Source: Coriobacteriia bacterium
GTDB lineage: Bacteria; Actinomycetota; Coriobacteriia; WRKU01
DNA length: 64,000 bases
Direction of reading: 5' to 3'
NCBI GenBank assembly: GCA_009777935.1
Contig: WRKU01000001.1
Location: 67,770-131,769 of the forward strand
Part shown: positions 1 to 9,307 of the stretch, in pieces
Layout: each line of letters begins with the position of its first letter
Numbering within the stretch: the first letter of the stretch is position 1
Notes under the pieces: generated by a model
What the model saw: only the letters and a program-made list of their open reading frames with translations
Told to the model about the DNA's origin: nothing
The model's database searches: none
Program-made: the position numbers and the translations under genes

Positions 1-68
1 TTGGCGGTTCCCAGATCAACCGCGATATCGGTAGACAAGCTCCCAAAGAGCATATCGCTCAGCGACAC
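1..68 (-). CDS. mreB: Rod-shape protein MreB, N-terminal fragment; the gene runs off the left edge of the window
   Basis: Not in the ORF track (too short). The reverse strand from GTG 68..66, with GGGAGA 6 nt upstream, reads VSLSDMLFGSLSTDIAVDLGTA(N). This matches the conserved actin-like MreB N-terminus (DIxIDLGTANT). Confidence 0.55.
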   Translation of the reverse strand, partial: MSLSDMLFGSLSTDIAVDLGTA

Positions 69-183
69 GTTATATCTCCCCTTTGCTTTGCACACAAAAA
101 GACAGACAGCTATATTGCAGTCTTCCCATTTTACCACGACTTAACGGCTGAACTGTCAAGATAACATATTTTATTAAGTTTTA

Positions 184-747
184 TTAAACAACGCGCGTTG
201 AGGCGAGTGTTCTGAGTGCGCCGGTAACCGGGCTGATAACAAATCCGTGCACGCGAACGTCCTTGGGCATCAGAGGGTGCTCTTCGACCAACTTGACGGT
301 GGCACGTACGGCATCATCAACATCTTCGAATCCACACAGCCTACCCTTGACATCGACACCGTCAGTCTCCAGCTTATCGATTTCCGTCGGCTCGATACCG
401 TTTGCCACCATCTTCTCGATAAGGGCATCTGGCTCTAGGCCCTCCATACCACAGTCTTCATGGCCGATGATTAGAATGTCACCAATCTTAAAAAGGTGCG
501 CGGTGACAAGCAAGCTACGCATCTCGCCGCCGTACGGATCGGTCGTAAAACCACCGGCCGTCTTGATGAGCTTTACCTCACCGTTTTTGATACCGAGCGC
601 CTTGGGCAATAGTTCGATAAGACGTGAGTCCATGCAGGTCAGAATGGCCATACTGCGGTCAGGATATACGGTCGTTTGATAGGGTTCGTACTCTTTATTC
701 TCAACGAATGCCTTGTTGAACTCTAGAATTTGTTCCACCTGTGACAT
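184..747 (-). CDS. Beta-class carbonic anhydrase
   Basis: ORF 184..780. Start moved to ATG 747..745, which is preceded by GGGAAGGG. Zinc-ligand motifs CMDSR and HEDCG are present. Confidence 0.85.
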   Translation of the reverse strand: MSQVEQILEFNKAFVENKEYEPYQTTVYPDRSMAILTCMDSRLIELLPKALGIKNGEVKLIKTAGGFTTDPYGGEMRSLLVTAHLFKIGDILIIGHEDCGMEGLEPDALIEKMVANGIEPTEIDKLETDGVDVKGRLCGFEDVDDAVRATVKLVEEHPLMPKDVRVHGFVISPVTGALRTLASTRVV

Positions 748-832
748 GAGCGACCCTTCCCATAATAGGTACCTGTGCAACCGAGTGGCGTCCTCTACCT
801 ACGCCACCCGGTTGAGTAACTATTCTATACGA

Positions 833-2647
833 TTACCCGTCACAGAAAACGTTCAGTTCAAGCTTTCGTTCGATAGAACCACGATAGAGCGTCGCGCCAT
901 CACACATAACCCTGATATCTTTCCTCCGCCAAAGATGGCGTATCGCAGGCTTAAGCGCATAGCGGTATTGCGGCGAAAAGAGGTCTTTGCGTGGCTTAAT
1001 GTCACACCGCAGCTCACGCCCTTCACGCGCGATGCGCACCCTCATAATCGTCGTTTCCTCATCGTTATATTCTATGCGCACAATACGTGCGCGACCCAAC
1101 CACCAGGCAAGCAGCAGGCCTGCCAAAAGAATACCAAGCGCGAGCAATGAAGCTCCTACCGGGCCGGTAAACCAGCTTAGCCAGCTTCGTGGCGCAGGTG
1201 TTGGAACAGAATCTGGCTCGACAATCTCTTCGGCCGGTGCCGGCGCGCCGAGCAGTGGTGGCTGCATAACACGTGGTTGCGCATCATCAAGCTGCACCGT
1301 AGGCACCTCAAAAACATGCGGAGTGGCATCGGTAATACGAGGCGTCGCAGCACCGCCTGGTGGTGGACCACTCCCACCCGCAGGAGGCGGAGTCGTTTCA
1401 CCCCCAACGCGAGGGGGCTCCGCATGGGGCCTCGATTCGGGTTCGGGCTTAGGCTCTGGTTCCGGCTCGTCGATCTCGTGGGCGAGCCAGACGGCATAGA
1501 GCGGATGCTCGTATGCTCCGAACCAATCTATCGGACCCGACTCGGGAAAATCAGCGGTCTCCGCATGAGGGTCGGTCGACCAACCGACGAGATCATATCC
1601 GGGGCGTGTCATGATGTCGTCGGGAATATCGTAGGAGGTGCCGTATTCTCCGAAGTTGAGCGTTACCGATGAAGTCGCATCCAAAGAAAGATCTGCGTAA
1701 AAGGTAAACTGTGCCGGAGGGTCATAGACCCATAATGCCGGGCGAATGCCGTAGCCAAAGCCATTGTAGGAGGTTTCATTTACCGCACGGCCACCGGGAA
1801 GTGCCCATTGGCCATTGCCACGAAGATCGCCCCACGAACCACCCATGTTGCCAGCGTATAGTACAACGCCGGCAAAACCGGGCTGATTGCCACGTGAGCG
1901 AATCCACCAGCTCATTCGGTTGCTGTCCGTACCAATATGATTAGCACTAACACGATACCCTACACGACCAAGAGTGGTATCTGTGGTGTTAACTGCCCGA
2001 GAGGTCGAGGTGCGTGCATCGGGAAAATACGCATGTACCTCTAGCCCCGAGAGCGGAAACGCAGCGATGCCGGCTCCGGTTTGCGGATTGGTGTTGGCCG
2101 AGACAGTCACAAAGGTGGCGCTCGGCCGTGATTGTGCTCGCGTAAGATTCCCGAAATTGTTAGTAAAAGCTATGGCGGTGGGATAGGTGCCGCTTACGTG
2201 CTCGATACCGAACGTCGAGCTCGTCGGGGTGGTGGCGTTGAGCGTCCCCGAGAAACTTGGGTGCACGACCTGCGGCTTAAGCGTCGGTGCGTTGAGCGAG
2301 TTATACCATGCGTCCATGCCGACCATGAGCGATGAGCGCGTGGTGTTGTTGGCACCACGAAGCCAGAAATTGCCGTCGGCTTCCGCTGCGTTGAAGCGCA
2401 CACCTGCATGCGCTGCCTGCGCATTTGAGCCGTACACATAGCGCGTGACCCACAACGCGTAGTCTCCGGCACGCGCAATACGAAAAAACGGAACGTCATC
2501 AACAGTTACCGGAGTTGGTACAGCAATAGACTGGGGCGTACCGACCGGTGCGGCACTATAGGCTGCACCCGCAATCTGCCATACGCCAAAACTTAGCATT
2601 GTGGTAACAGCAAGTAACACGAGAGTCTTTCTTTGTCGCATAAGCAC
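833..2647 (-). CDS. Secreted, C-terminally membrane-anchored protein of unknown function
   Basis: Signal peptide MLMRQRKTLVLLAVTTMLSFGVWQIAGAA. A roughly 340-aa ectodomain carries WWIRS...GIRPALWV motifs, which from memory resemble the DUF6273 type. A GYDLVGWS...YAVW Listeria-Bacteroides-type repeat follows, then a Pro/Glu-rich linker (EPEPEPKPEPE), one TM helix (LLALGILLAGLLLAWWL) and an 85-aa basic cytoplasmic tail. Confidence 0.6.
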   Translation of the reverse strand: MLMRQRKTLVLLAVTTMLSFGVWQIAGAAYSAAPVGTPQSIAVPTPVTVDDVPFFRIARAGDYALWVTRYVYGSNAQAAHAGVRFNAAEADGNFWLRGANNTTRSSLMVGMDAWYNSLNAPTLKPQVVHPSFSGTLNATTPTSSTFGIEHVSGTYPTAIAFTNNFGNLTRAQSRPSATFVTVSANTNPQTGAGIAAFPLSGLEVHAYFPDARTSTSRAVNTTDTTLGRVGYRVSANHIGTDSNRMSWWIRSRGNQPGFAGVVLYAGNMGGSWGDLRGNGQWALPGGRAVNETSYNGFGYGIRPALWVYDPPAQFTFYADLSLDATSSVTLNFGEYGTSYDIPDDIMTRPGYDLVGWSTDPHAETADFPESGPIDWFGAYEHPLYAVWLAHEIDEPEPEPKPEPESRPHAEPPRVGGETTPPPAGGSGPPPGGAATPRITDATPHVFEVPTVQLDDAQPRVMQPPLLGAPAPAEEIVEPDSVPTPAPRSWLSWFTGPVGASLLALGILLAGLLLAWWLGRARIVRIEYNDEETTIMRVRIAREGRELRCDIKPRKDLFSPQYRYALKPAIRHLWRRKDIRVMCDGATLYRGSIERKLELNVFCDG

Positions 2648-2818
2648 TCCTTCTATGCTCGTAACGCGCCCTCTTTAAGCGCCTTATCTTGAGCATAACG
2701 GGAGATACTTACCGATCTGTGACCCTACGAGCCACCTCACAATTATCGCAAGCTTACCTCACGAGATATCTCATGTATAACGATGACAGGATTGTCAATT
2801 ACCTACGGGTAACGGACG

Positions 2819-4099
2819 CTAGTGCACCGCACAGGAGAGACAGGGATCGTACGAACGAATGAGCATTTCAACGGCACGTTTGAAGTCCTCCGGTTCGTAA
2901 TCCACAACGGTGGGTGCATAAGCCGTGAGTTCCTGTGCAATACTTGCGAGGTTTTGTGACGTCGGGGTAACGATGTCGGCTGCCGTCACCGTACCACGAT
3001 CGTCAAGCGTCACGCTATGGTAGAGTGTGCCGCGCGGTGCCTCAGTCGCGCCATAGCCTGTGCCAGCTCGAACTTCAAACGGCTCCGGAGCAACACTATC
3101 GCCGGCGGTGGTGCCAGAAGCAGAAACTGCCAACTCCTCGGCGAGCATCGCACAACGGTCGACAGCATCGACAAGTTCGATAGCGCGACAGATATGTGCG
3201 CTGAATATGTTGCGGTGAACCGGGCGCAAACCGACCTTACTCGCCACAACACGTGCGGAAGGCAGCAGCTCATCCCATGAGATGTTGACGCGCGCGAGCG
3301 GCCCGACGAGAAACGGCTTGTCATCAACAAGTGCCTGTTTTGCATTCGAGTTCGCCACGGCTTGCTCTTCGATAACCTCAGGATAGTCGCGTATCGGTCT
3401 CGTCCACCCGGCTTGAAGCGCGCGAATCTCGCCGACCGTCACTGCGTAGGTCCCCGCCTCATAAAGCGCAAGCATATCGCTCGTGGTATCGAAACGTGGC
3501 GTCTGCAATTCACCGAAGAATTCAGCCGTTGCCGCCGCATCGGCTGCGGCGTCACGTAGGCGCTGTGCCATTACATGTAGAGCATCAGCATCAACATCTG
3601 CCGTAAAGCCGCCGACCGTCGGTGTAATGGGATGAACTGCGCGACCTCCCACCAACGTACAGAGATCGTTGCCCAGTTTTTTGAGACGTAGCGCGCGCTG
3701 TACCACCTCGGGTGTCGTCTCAGCGAGTGGAAAAAATGAGGGAAGTTGCACGAAATCAGGCGCTGCGAACACATAGAGAGCGGTGGCATGATTCTGCAAA
3801 AACGAGCCATGGACTAGTAACTGGCGCATCGTACGCGTGCGTTCACTCACCGTAATATCGAGTGCGTCCTCAACGGCAAGCAAGTTAGTTACAAAGTGGT
3901 TTGCCGAACATATCCCGCAAACGCGGCTCGTAGCGAGCGGCGCCTCATCATAGCGACGGCCGACGATCATCGACTCGAAAAGTCGCGCCGGCTCCACAAC
4001 ATCGAGGCGTATCTCTTTGACCTTGCTATTCTTAACCTCAATAGAGACGTTGCCGTGTCCTTCGATACGGGCCAAGTGATGGATGTTTAGCTTAGACAT
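2819..4099 (-). CDS. [NiFe]-hydrogenase large (alpha) subunit, group 3b (sulfhydrogenase/NAD(P)-coupled type)
   Basis: RIEGHG, N-terminal Ni-ligand motif RVCGICS and C-terminal DPCLSCAVH. Start set to ATG 4099..4097 (MSKLNIHHLARIEGHG), which overlaps the stop of the upstream subunit. Subgroup is inferred from the 4-gene context. Confidence 0.9.
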   Translation of the reverse strand: MSKLNIHHLARIEGHGNVSIEVKNSKVKEIRLDVVEPARLFESMIVGRRYDEAPLATSRVCGICSANHFVTNLLAVEDALDITVSERTRTMRQLLVHGSFLQNHATALYVFAAPDFVQLPSFFPLAETTPEVVQRALRLKKLGNDLCTLVGGRAVHPITPTVGGFTADVDADALHVMAQRLRDAAADAAATAEFFGELQTPRFDTTSDMLALYEAGTYAVTVGEIRALQAGWTRPIRDYPEVIEEQAVANSNAKQALVDDKPFLVGPLARVNISWDELLPSARVVASKVGLRPVHRNIFSAHICRAIELVDAVDRCAMLAEELAVSASGTTAGDSVAPEPFEVRAGTGYGATEAPRGTLYHSVTLDDRGTVTAADIVTPTSQNLASIAQELTAYAPTVVDYEPEDFKRAVEMLIRSYDPCLSCAVH

Positions 4100-4904
4100 C
4101 GACAGCCTCCCGTTTGCCGGTGGTTCCTGCCGCACTTTCGGCCGCGTGTTCCCGTGCATATTCCTGCGCAGCATTATAGATGGCGAGCAACTCACCAAAG
4201 GCTACCGCATCACAGCCCATCGCCGCCGCATAGTCGCGTGCCGCATCGAGGTTAGCGTCGCGTGCCAGCCCGCGACACGCCGCACACGGCCGCCCCGAGC
4301 TCACGCACATTGCTTCACACCCACTGCGTGCCACCAATCCGAGACAGGGGGTGCCCATGAGCCAAAAGCAGGTGTTCTCGGATATTTTGCACTCCCCACA
4401 GAGCGATTGACGCTGCGGATTATCAACGAGGCGACGCAATGCACGCTGAAGCACCCGTGAGAATTCAAGTGGCTCAATCGGGCAGCCGGGAATCACGAAA
4501 TCGACCTCGATGTACGCCGAAAGTGGCGCCGGTTCGCGGCGATCTTTCGCCACCTTATCGGCATCTGGGCCATAGACGGTCTGCGCATGCTCTTCCAGCA
4601 GCCCGCGCTCGCGCACTAACGCCGGCACCCCTCCGGTTGCAGCGCATGCACCCAGTGCAACAACACACGAGGCCGTCTCACGTATCGTTTTAAGGAGCAC
4701 GACCTGCTCATCGGTCGTTACCGCCCCCTCGATGACGGCGACGTCGTAGGTGTCGGGTAGCTCGGCCGAGGTAACGAGCTGCCAATAGACCAGATCAAAG
4801 GTAGAGAGCGTGTCGAGAATCTCGGGGAAATTCGACAGCTGCACCTGACAGCCGAAATCCGACGACAGCGAAAAAATTGCGACACGAGGCTTGGTGGCGT
4901 GCAT
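4092..4904 (-). CDS. [NiFe]-hydrogenase small (delta) subunit, group 3b
   Basis: Starts MHATKPRVAIFSLSSDFGCQVQ, typical of NuoB-like group 3 small subunits. It has multiple Cys clusters (GACAATGG, CGECK, CxxxC) and sits directly upstream of the large subunit. Confidence 0.85.
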   Translation of the reverse strand: MHATKPRVAIFSLSSDFGCQVQLSNFPEILDTLSTFDLVYWQLVTSAELPDTYDVAVIEGAVTTDEQVVLLKTIRETASCVVALGACAATGGVPALVRERGLLEEHAQTVYGPDADKVAKDRREPAPLSAYIEVDFVIPGCPIEPLEFSRVLQRALRRLVDNPQRQSLCGECKISENTCFWLMGTPCLGLVARSGCEAMCVSSGRPCAACRGLARDANLDAARDYAAAMGCDAVAFGELLAIYNAAQEYAREHAAESAAGTTGKREAVDV

Positions 4905-5780
4905 CTACATCGCCTCCTGGAGATTCATCGCTTCCCAGTAGTTAAAGACCGGGCCATCGATGCACGCGTACTGGTGTCCAACTGCACAGTGATTGCACTG
5001 GCCGATGCCGCACTTCATGCGCCTCTCAAACGACATAAAGATGCGGTCGACCGGCAGATTCTTTTCACGCATTTTCTCGATAACGAAGCGATACATAACC
5101 GGCGGGCCACAGATGACGCCGATGGTGTTGGCCGGATCGACCTCGATCTGGTCAAAGAGTCTTGTCACGAGTCCGACCTCGCCATCCCACGTTTCATCGG
5201 GCGTGTCGACCGTCATAATCAGGTTAAAGTCTTCTCGATGGCGCCACATATCGAACTGTTGACGAAAGAGTATCTCGTCAGGATTGCGTGCACCGAGCAA
5301 AATTGTGACGGTGCCAAACGCCTGGCGCTCGTCGTGGATATGGTTAATGAGCGACTTAAGCGGTGCGATACCGAGGCCGCCGGCAACGAGCAGAACGTCG
5401 TGACCCTTCATGTCTTGGAAGGGAAAACCGCGCCCAAACGGTCCGCGCAGCCCGACAACGTCACCGCAGCTCATCTCATGAAGTGCGCCGGTCACCGTTC
5501 CCGAGTTACGCACACACAGCTCGATAAAGCCCTTCTTTGAGGGGGCCGACGAAATCGATATCGGTGCCTCGCCCACTCCGAAGATGGAGAGCTCCATGAA
5601 CTGGCCCGCATTGAAGTTAAAGTGTTCACGCACCTCGTGATCGATGATGCGAAACTCAAAGAGCGTTTCTTTTTCGGTCAGCGGCGTTATCGAGGTAATG
5701 CGTGCCGCCCACGGCCGGTACGGATTTTGTTCGAGCGCACGGTAGGCCTTCGAGGCATCGACACGAACGTGTTTTTTCAT
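4905..5780 (-). CDS. Hydrogenase gamma subunit: FAD/NAD(P)-binding oxidoreductase with a 2Fe-2S site (AsrB/PyrK-like)
   Basis: Ferredoxin-reductase-like fold motifs (LLVAGGLGIAP) and a C-terminal Cys cluster, CGIGQCNHCAV...C. Confidence 0.85.
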   Translation of the reverse strand: MKKHVRVDASKAYRALEQNPYRPWAARITSITPLTEKETLFEFRIIDHEVREHFNFNAGQFMELSIFGVGEAPISISSAPSKKGFIELCVRNSGTVTGALHEMSCGDVVGLRGPFGRGFPFQDMKGHDVLLVAGGLGIAPLKSLINHIHDERQAFGTVTILLGARNPDEILFRQQFDMWRHREDFNLIMTVDTPDETWDGEVGLVTRLFDQIEVDPANTIGVICGPPVMYRFVIEKMREKNLPVDRIFMSFERRMKCGIGQCNHCAVGHQYACIDGPVFNYWEAMNLQEAM

Positions 5781-5783
5781 CGT

Positions 5784-6815
5784 CTACGCCTCCCCTTCCC
5801 CTACGTCGCCCTGAAGTGCAGCGACGACACGGCTCGGGTTGATGCCGACCTTGCACGCTGTATAGCAGCGCCCGCATCCCACGCACATCGTCTTGCCATA
5901 TCGCGCCGGATAGGCCCAGAATTTGTGGTAGAAGCGATGGCGCACTCTGCTCGCACGTGTGGGACGGAAATCGTGCCCACCGGCGACTTCGGCAAACTGC
6001 GAATTCAGACATGAATCCCAGCAGCGCACCCGTGAGCCGGTCACCCCATTAGCGTCAAGTTCATCGACGATATCAAAGCAGTAACAGGTCGGGCACACCG
6101 CACTACATGCGCCACATGAAAGACAGCGCGAGCCAATCTCTTCCCACAGCTCCTCGTCGTAACGCGCATCAAAAAGGAGTGGAATCTGCGTCGTGTCCGG
6201 AGCCTCGCCAAGCGTTTGGCGAAAGCGTGCGACGTGTTTTTGAAGCGCTCGCGTATCCTCGGCCGTCGCCTCACGTGTCTCAACGAGCGTGTCGAGCAAC
6301 TGCGCACCTTCAACGCTACTGCACTGCACGAAGTATGCATCGCCAATATCGGTGAGATAGAGATCGTAGCCCTGCAAGACTTCGTTGGCGCCAAACATGT
6401 GACACACGCAGCTCTGACGTGGCGTGCAACTCACGCCCACAATGAGCGTGCTCTCGCGTCGTGCTTTATAGTACGGATCCTCGTAGTCGCCTAAGAAGAC
6501 CTTGTCGGTCATCAAGATGGCATTGAGGTCACAGGGGTGTACGCCGAAAAGAATGCGTTTACGATCATCCTTGACGGTCTCGACAACCTCACCGTCGGCC
6601 GAGTTATAGCGTAAAAGCGCCTCTTTCGGCTTCAGAAAGTAGGCCGTTGGGGGCACAATCGTCGTCGGATAATCAAGCACAACGCGCGCACCACATGTAA
6701 CCGGCGCAAAGACATACGCCAAACCCTTGGCTATCGGTGCGATGACCTCATAGTCGACGGCAAGGCCCTCGATAAACGTCGGTATCTGGTCTTTTTTGAG
6801 GACACGAAAAAACAT
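5784..6815 (-). CDS. Hydrogenase beta subunit: 4Fe-4S dicluster protein (AsrA-like)
   Basis: Two ferredoxin-type motifs, CLSCGACSAVCPTC and CVGCGRCYTAC. It is the first gene of the 4-gene cluster. Confidence 0.85.
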   Translation of the reverse strand: MFFRVLKKDQIPTFIEGLAVDYEVIAPIAKGLAYVFAPVTCGARVVLDYPTTIVPPTAYFLKPKEALLRYNSADGEVVETVKDDRKRILFGVHPCDLNAILMTDKVFLGDYEDPYYKARRESTLIVGVSCTPRQSCVCHMFGANEVLQGYDLYLTDIGDAYFVQCSSVEGAQLLDTLVETREATAEDTRALQKHVARFRQTLGEAPDTTQIPLLFDARYDEELWEEIGSRCLSCGACSAVCPTCYCFDIVDELDANGVTGSRVRCWDSCLNSQFAEVAGGHDFRPTRASRVRHRFYHKFWAYPARYGKTMCVGCGRCYTACKVGINPSRVVAALQGDVGEGEA

Positions 6816-6821
6816 GCACCT

Positions 6822-6830
6822 ATTATATCA
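6822..6830 (-). promoter_or_regulatory. Extended -10 promoter (TGATATAAT) placed for a leaderless hydrogenase transcript
   Basis: The reverse strand reads TGATATAAT-AGGTGC-ATG. The -10 hexamer ends 6 nt before the hydrogenase beta start codon (6815). Confidence 0.35.
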
Positions 6831-6866
6831 TGGTGAGTAAATCTGCTACGTAAGCACACGAATTTT

Positions 6867-7271
6867 CTAGGTGAAGAACAGGCCGACTTCGCGCTCTGCC
6901 GAGGCAACCGAGTCTGAGCCATGGATAACGTTCGCATCGACGAGCAGTCCAAAGTCACCACGAATCGTACCGGGCGCGGCCTCGGCTGGATTCGTCGGTC
7001 CCATCAGCTTGCGGCACACGGCCACGGCATTCGGACCGGCAACAAGCATCTTAACGACAGGACCCGAGGTAATGTATTCGATAAGACTCTCATAAAAAGG
7101 TTTGCCTTCGTGCTCGGCATAGTTTGCCGCTGCCTGCGCAGGCGTTAACGTCGCAAGCTCGAGACGTTCAATACACAGTCCTGTGTCTTCGATGCGCGCG
7201 ATAATGCGACCTACCTTACCACCCGCAACGGCATCAGGCTTAATCATCAGATACGTCTTCTCGCAGCTCAT
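6867..7271 (-). CDS. ndk: Nucleoside diphosphate kinase
   Basis: MSCEKTYLMIKPDAV...NVIHGSDS (active-site His). The ORF-track N-terminal extension to 7472 was discarded; ATG is at 7271..7269. Confidence 0.9.
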   Translation of the reverse strand: MSCEKTYLMIKPDAVAGGKVGRIIARIEDTGLCIERLELATLTPAQAAANYAEHEGKPFYESLIEYITSGPVVKMLVAGPNAVAVCRKLMGPTNPAEAAPGTIRGDFGLLVDANVIHGSDSVASAEREVGLFFT

Positions 7272-7281
7272 CGTCTTCTCC

Positions 7282-8712
7282 CTACTCGATATTTTCCGGA
7301 GCGGTGAGCATCGGATCGATGGCCATCGGCTCATCGAGCTCTCCGGCTCCGTCACTATATGCGCCGGAGCTACTGCTGCCACTCTCCTGCACATCGGAGT
7401 CGCCGTCCTCCGTCTCAGAATTCGGCGTATCGCTTGACGTGACGCTCGTAATCTTCCAACCGATACCATCACGTACGAGCGTGAAGATCAAGATTGTTTG
7501 CCGCCCGCGTGCATCTTCAGCGATCACTCGGATAATATTGGTATTCATGCGACCTTCAACGTCATCGATAGAGTACTGTGCCTGCAGCGGAACGACCTGT
7601 GCCATGTAGGCATCAGCACGCTCGGGTGTCGTATCCCAGAACTCACCCACACTGTTCATGGCGCCGTATTCATCGAGTGCGCCGTACACAACGTCAATCG
7701 CCAACGGGTAGCCGAGACCGAAGTAATACGCCGCCCCTAAAGCAGCGAGCGCAAGTACCAATATGCCTGCAAAGAAACCGAGCAGTACCTTCCACCATAG
7801 CCCCTTCGAGGTGCCCGCAGAAAGCTCTTTGCCCTGTTGGATGAGATCGGCCTCGCTCATTGCAAAGTAGTTCGCAACATCCTGTTCGGCGCCGATAGCA
7901 ACGGCAGCGTGGTGCTCATATGGTGCCGCCGTCTGCATGGCCGCGCTCGTATCGATTGAGCGAATTTCGCCGGTCAACGACGGTGCCTGTGCGACCAGTG
8001 CAGCCTCACGAGCAGCAATGCGCGCCTGCGCCTCGGCGAAGGCTTGAGTTGCAGCCGGCGACATGGGCTCGGTGCCAAGCGTGGCGATCGCCTGTCGAAA
8101 GATTTCGACAGCTTCATCATCGGAGTCAAGCATCGTGTAAGCGATACCTATCGCCGCCATAACGCGACCGCGATTCTCACAGTTTGGAAAGTCGAGTGCA
8201 ACTTTAAGCGACTCAAGCGCCGAAAGCGGCTGGTTGAGCTCAAAAAGGCAGAGCGCTAAGTTGTAGAGTGCTTTTGGGCGATTGGGATTCTCAACATCGA
8301 GCGCAGCCTTTTTGTAAGCGATGGCCGCCTTATCGATGTTGCCAAGCTTCATCTGCGCCTGCGCAGCGCCGAGGTAGCACCGATAGGACTTCTCACACTC
8401 GGGATAGCTTGCAGCGAGTTCATAGCTTTCAGCTGCCGCGGAAAAATCTCCCAGTTTCGTGTAGGCAATCGCCATATTTGAGTAGATGGCGCTCATCTTG
8501 GTATAGGTATCATCGCGCAACGCATTTTGATATACCGTAATGGCATCGGCATAGCGTTGAAGCTGCAAAAACGCGTTACCCGCCTGATGAAAGGCCGCTC
8601 CGTTACCGCGTGCAATGCCCGGCTCTGCGCTCTCCAAAAACTCCTGCGCAGCTTGGGCATACTGTCCACAGCGATAGCTAATCTGGCCCTGTTCGAAGCG
8701 TTCCTGGTTCAC
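7282..8712 (-). CDS. TPR-repeat membrane protein
   Basis: About 230 aa of TPR-like repeats (AxxYxxAlxxxP patterns), an Ala-rich linker, one TM helix (WWKVLLGFFAGILVLALAALGAAYYF), a roughly 120-aa C-terminal domain and an acidic tail. Confidence 0.6.
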   Translation of the reverse strand: MNQERFEQGQISYRCGQYAQAAQEFLESAEPGIARGNGAAFHQAGNAFLQLQRYADAITVYQNALRDDTYTKMSAIYSNMAIAYTKLGDFSAAAESYELAASYPECEKSYRCYLGAAQAQMKLGNIDKAAIAYKKAALDVENPNRPKALYNLALCLFELNQPLSALESLKVALDFPNCENRGRVMAAIGIAYTMLDSDDEAVEIFRQAIATLGTEPMSPAATQAFAEAQARIAAREAALVAQAPSLTGEIRSIDTSAAMQTAAPYEHHAAVAIGAEQDVANYFAMSEADLIQQGKELSAGTSKGLWWKVLLGFFAGILVLALAALGAAYYFGLGYPLAIDVVYGALDEYGAMNSVGEFWDTTPERADAYMAQVVPLQAQYSIDDVEGRMNTNIIRVIAEDARGRQTILIFTLVRDGIGWKITSVTSSDTPNSETEDGDSDVQESGSSSSGAYSDGAGELDEPMAIDPMLTAPENIE

Positions 8713-8723
8713 GGCTGTTCCCC

Positions 8724-9077
8724 CTACAACGCGGCTTTTGCGGTATCTACCAGTTTAGCAAATGTTTTCGGTTCGTTAATGCTTAAATCGGCGAGTACCT
8801 TGCGATCGAGCTCGACTCCCGCTTTGCTGAGCCCGTGCATAAAACGACTATAGCTCATGTCGTGGTTACGCGCCGCGGCGTTAATGCGTGTTATCCAGAG
8901 GCGGCGAATATCGCGTTTCTTAGTGCGGCGATCACGGTACTGATACTGCAACGAATGCTGTACCTGCTCTTTTGCTGCACGGTAACTACGCGACTTCGCA
9001 CCGTAATATCCCTTGGCGCGCGACAATACCACGCGACGTTTCTTGTGAGCGGCAACCGCCCGTTTTGCTCGTGCCAT
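8724..9077 (-). CDS. rplT: 50S ribosomal protein L20
   Basis: [39 protein letters not shown] is a canonical L20 N-terminus. Lies in an infC-rpmI-rplT arrangement. Confidence 0.97.
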   Translation of the reverse strand: MARAKRAVAAHKKRRVVLSRAKGYYGAKSRSYRAAKEQVQHSLQYQYRDRRTKKRDIRRLWITRINAAARNHDMSYSRFMHGLSKAGVELDRKVLADLSINEPKTFAKLVDTAKAAL

Positions 9078-9106
9078 TGTTCTTCCTCCTCGCTCGGCTC
9101 GTACGC

Positions 9107-9304
9107 CTAGCTCAAGCCAAGCTTGCGATTGACCATCTTAGTATCGGCCTGTGAGACCGGTCCCTCTTTGCGAAAATTACGTTTACGCTTCGGCGATTTC
9201 TTCGTCAAAATATGGCTCTTAAACGCCTTGCCACGCATCAACTTGCCGCCGCCGGTCACGCGCACGCGCTTTGCGGTGCTTTTGTGCGTCTTCATCTTCG
9301 GCAT
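9107..9304 (-). CDS. rpmI: 50S ribosomal protein L35
   Basis: [24 protein letters not shown] is a canonical L35 sequence. Confidence 0.97.
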   Translation of the reverse strand: MPKMKTHKSTAKRVRVTGGGKLMRGKAFKSHILTKKSPKRKRNFRKEGPVSQADTKMVNRKLGLS

Positions 9305-9307
9305 CTT

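Noticed and set aside
1380-1480. Pro/Glu-codon repeats (also at 41640..41786 and 27810..27960), checked as possible CRISPR-like or tandem-repeat arrays
   Set aside because: They lie inside coding frames, encode low-complexity linkers or tails, and have no regular repeat-spacer periodicity.
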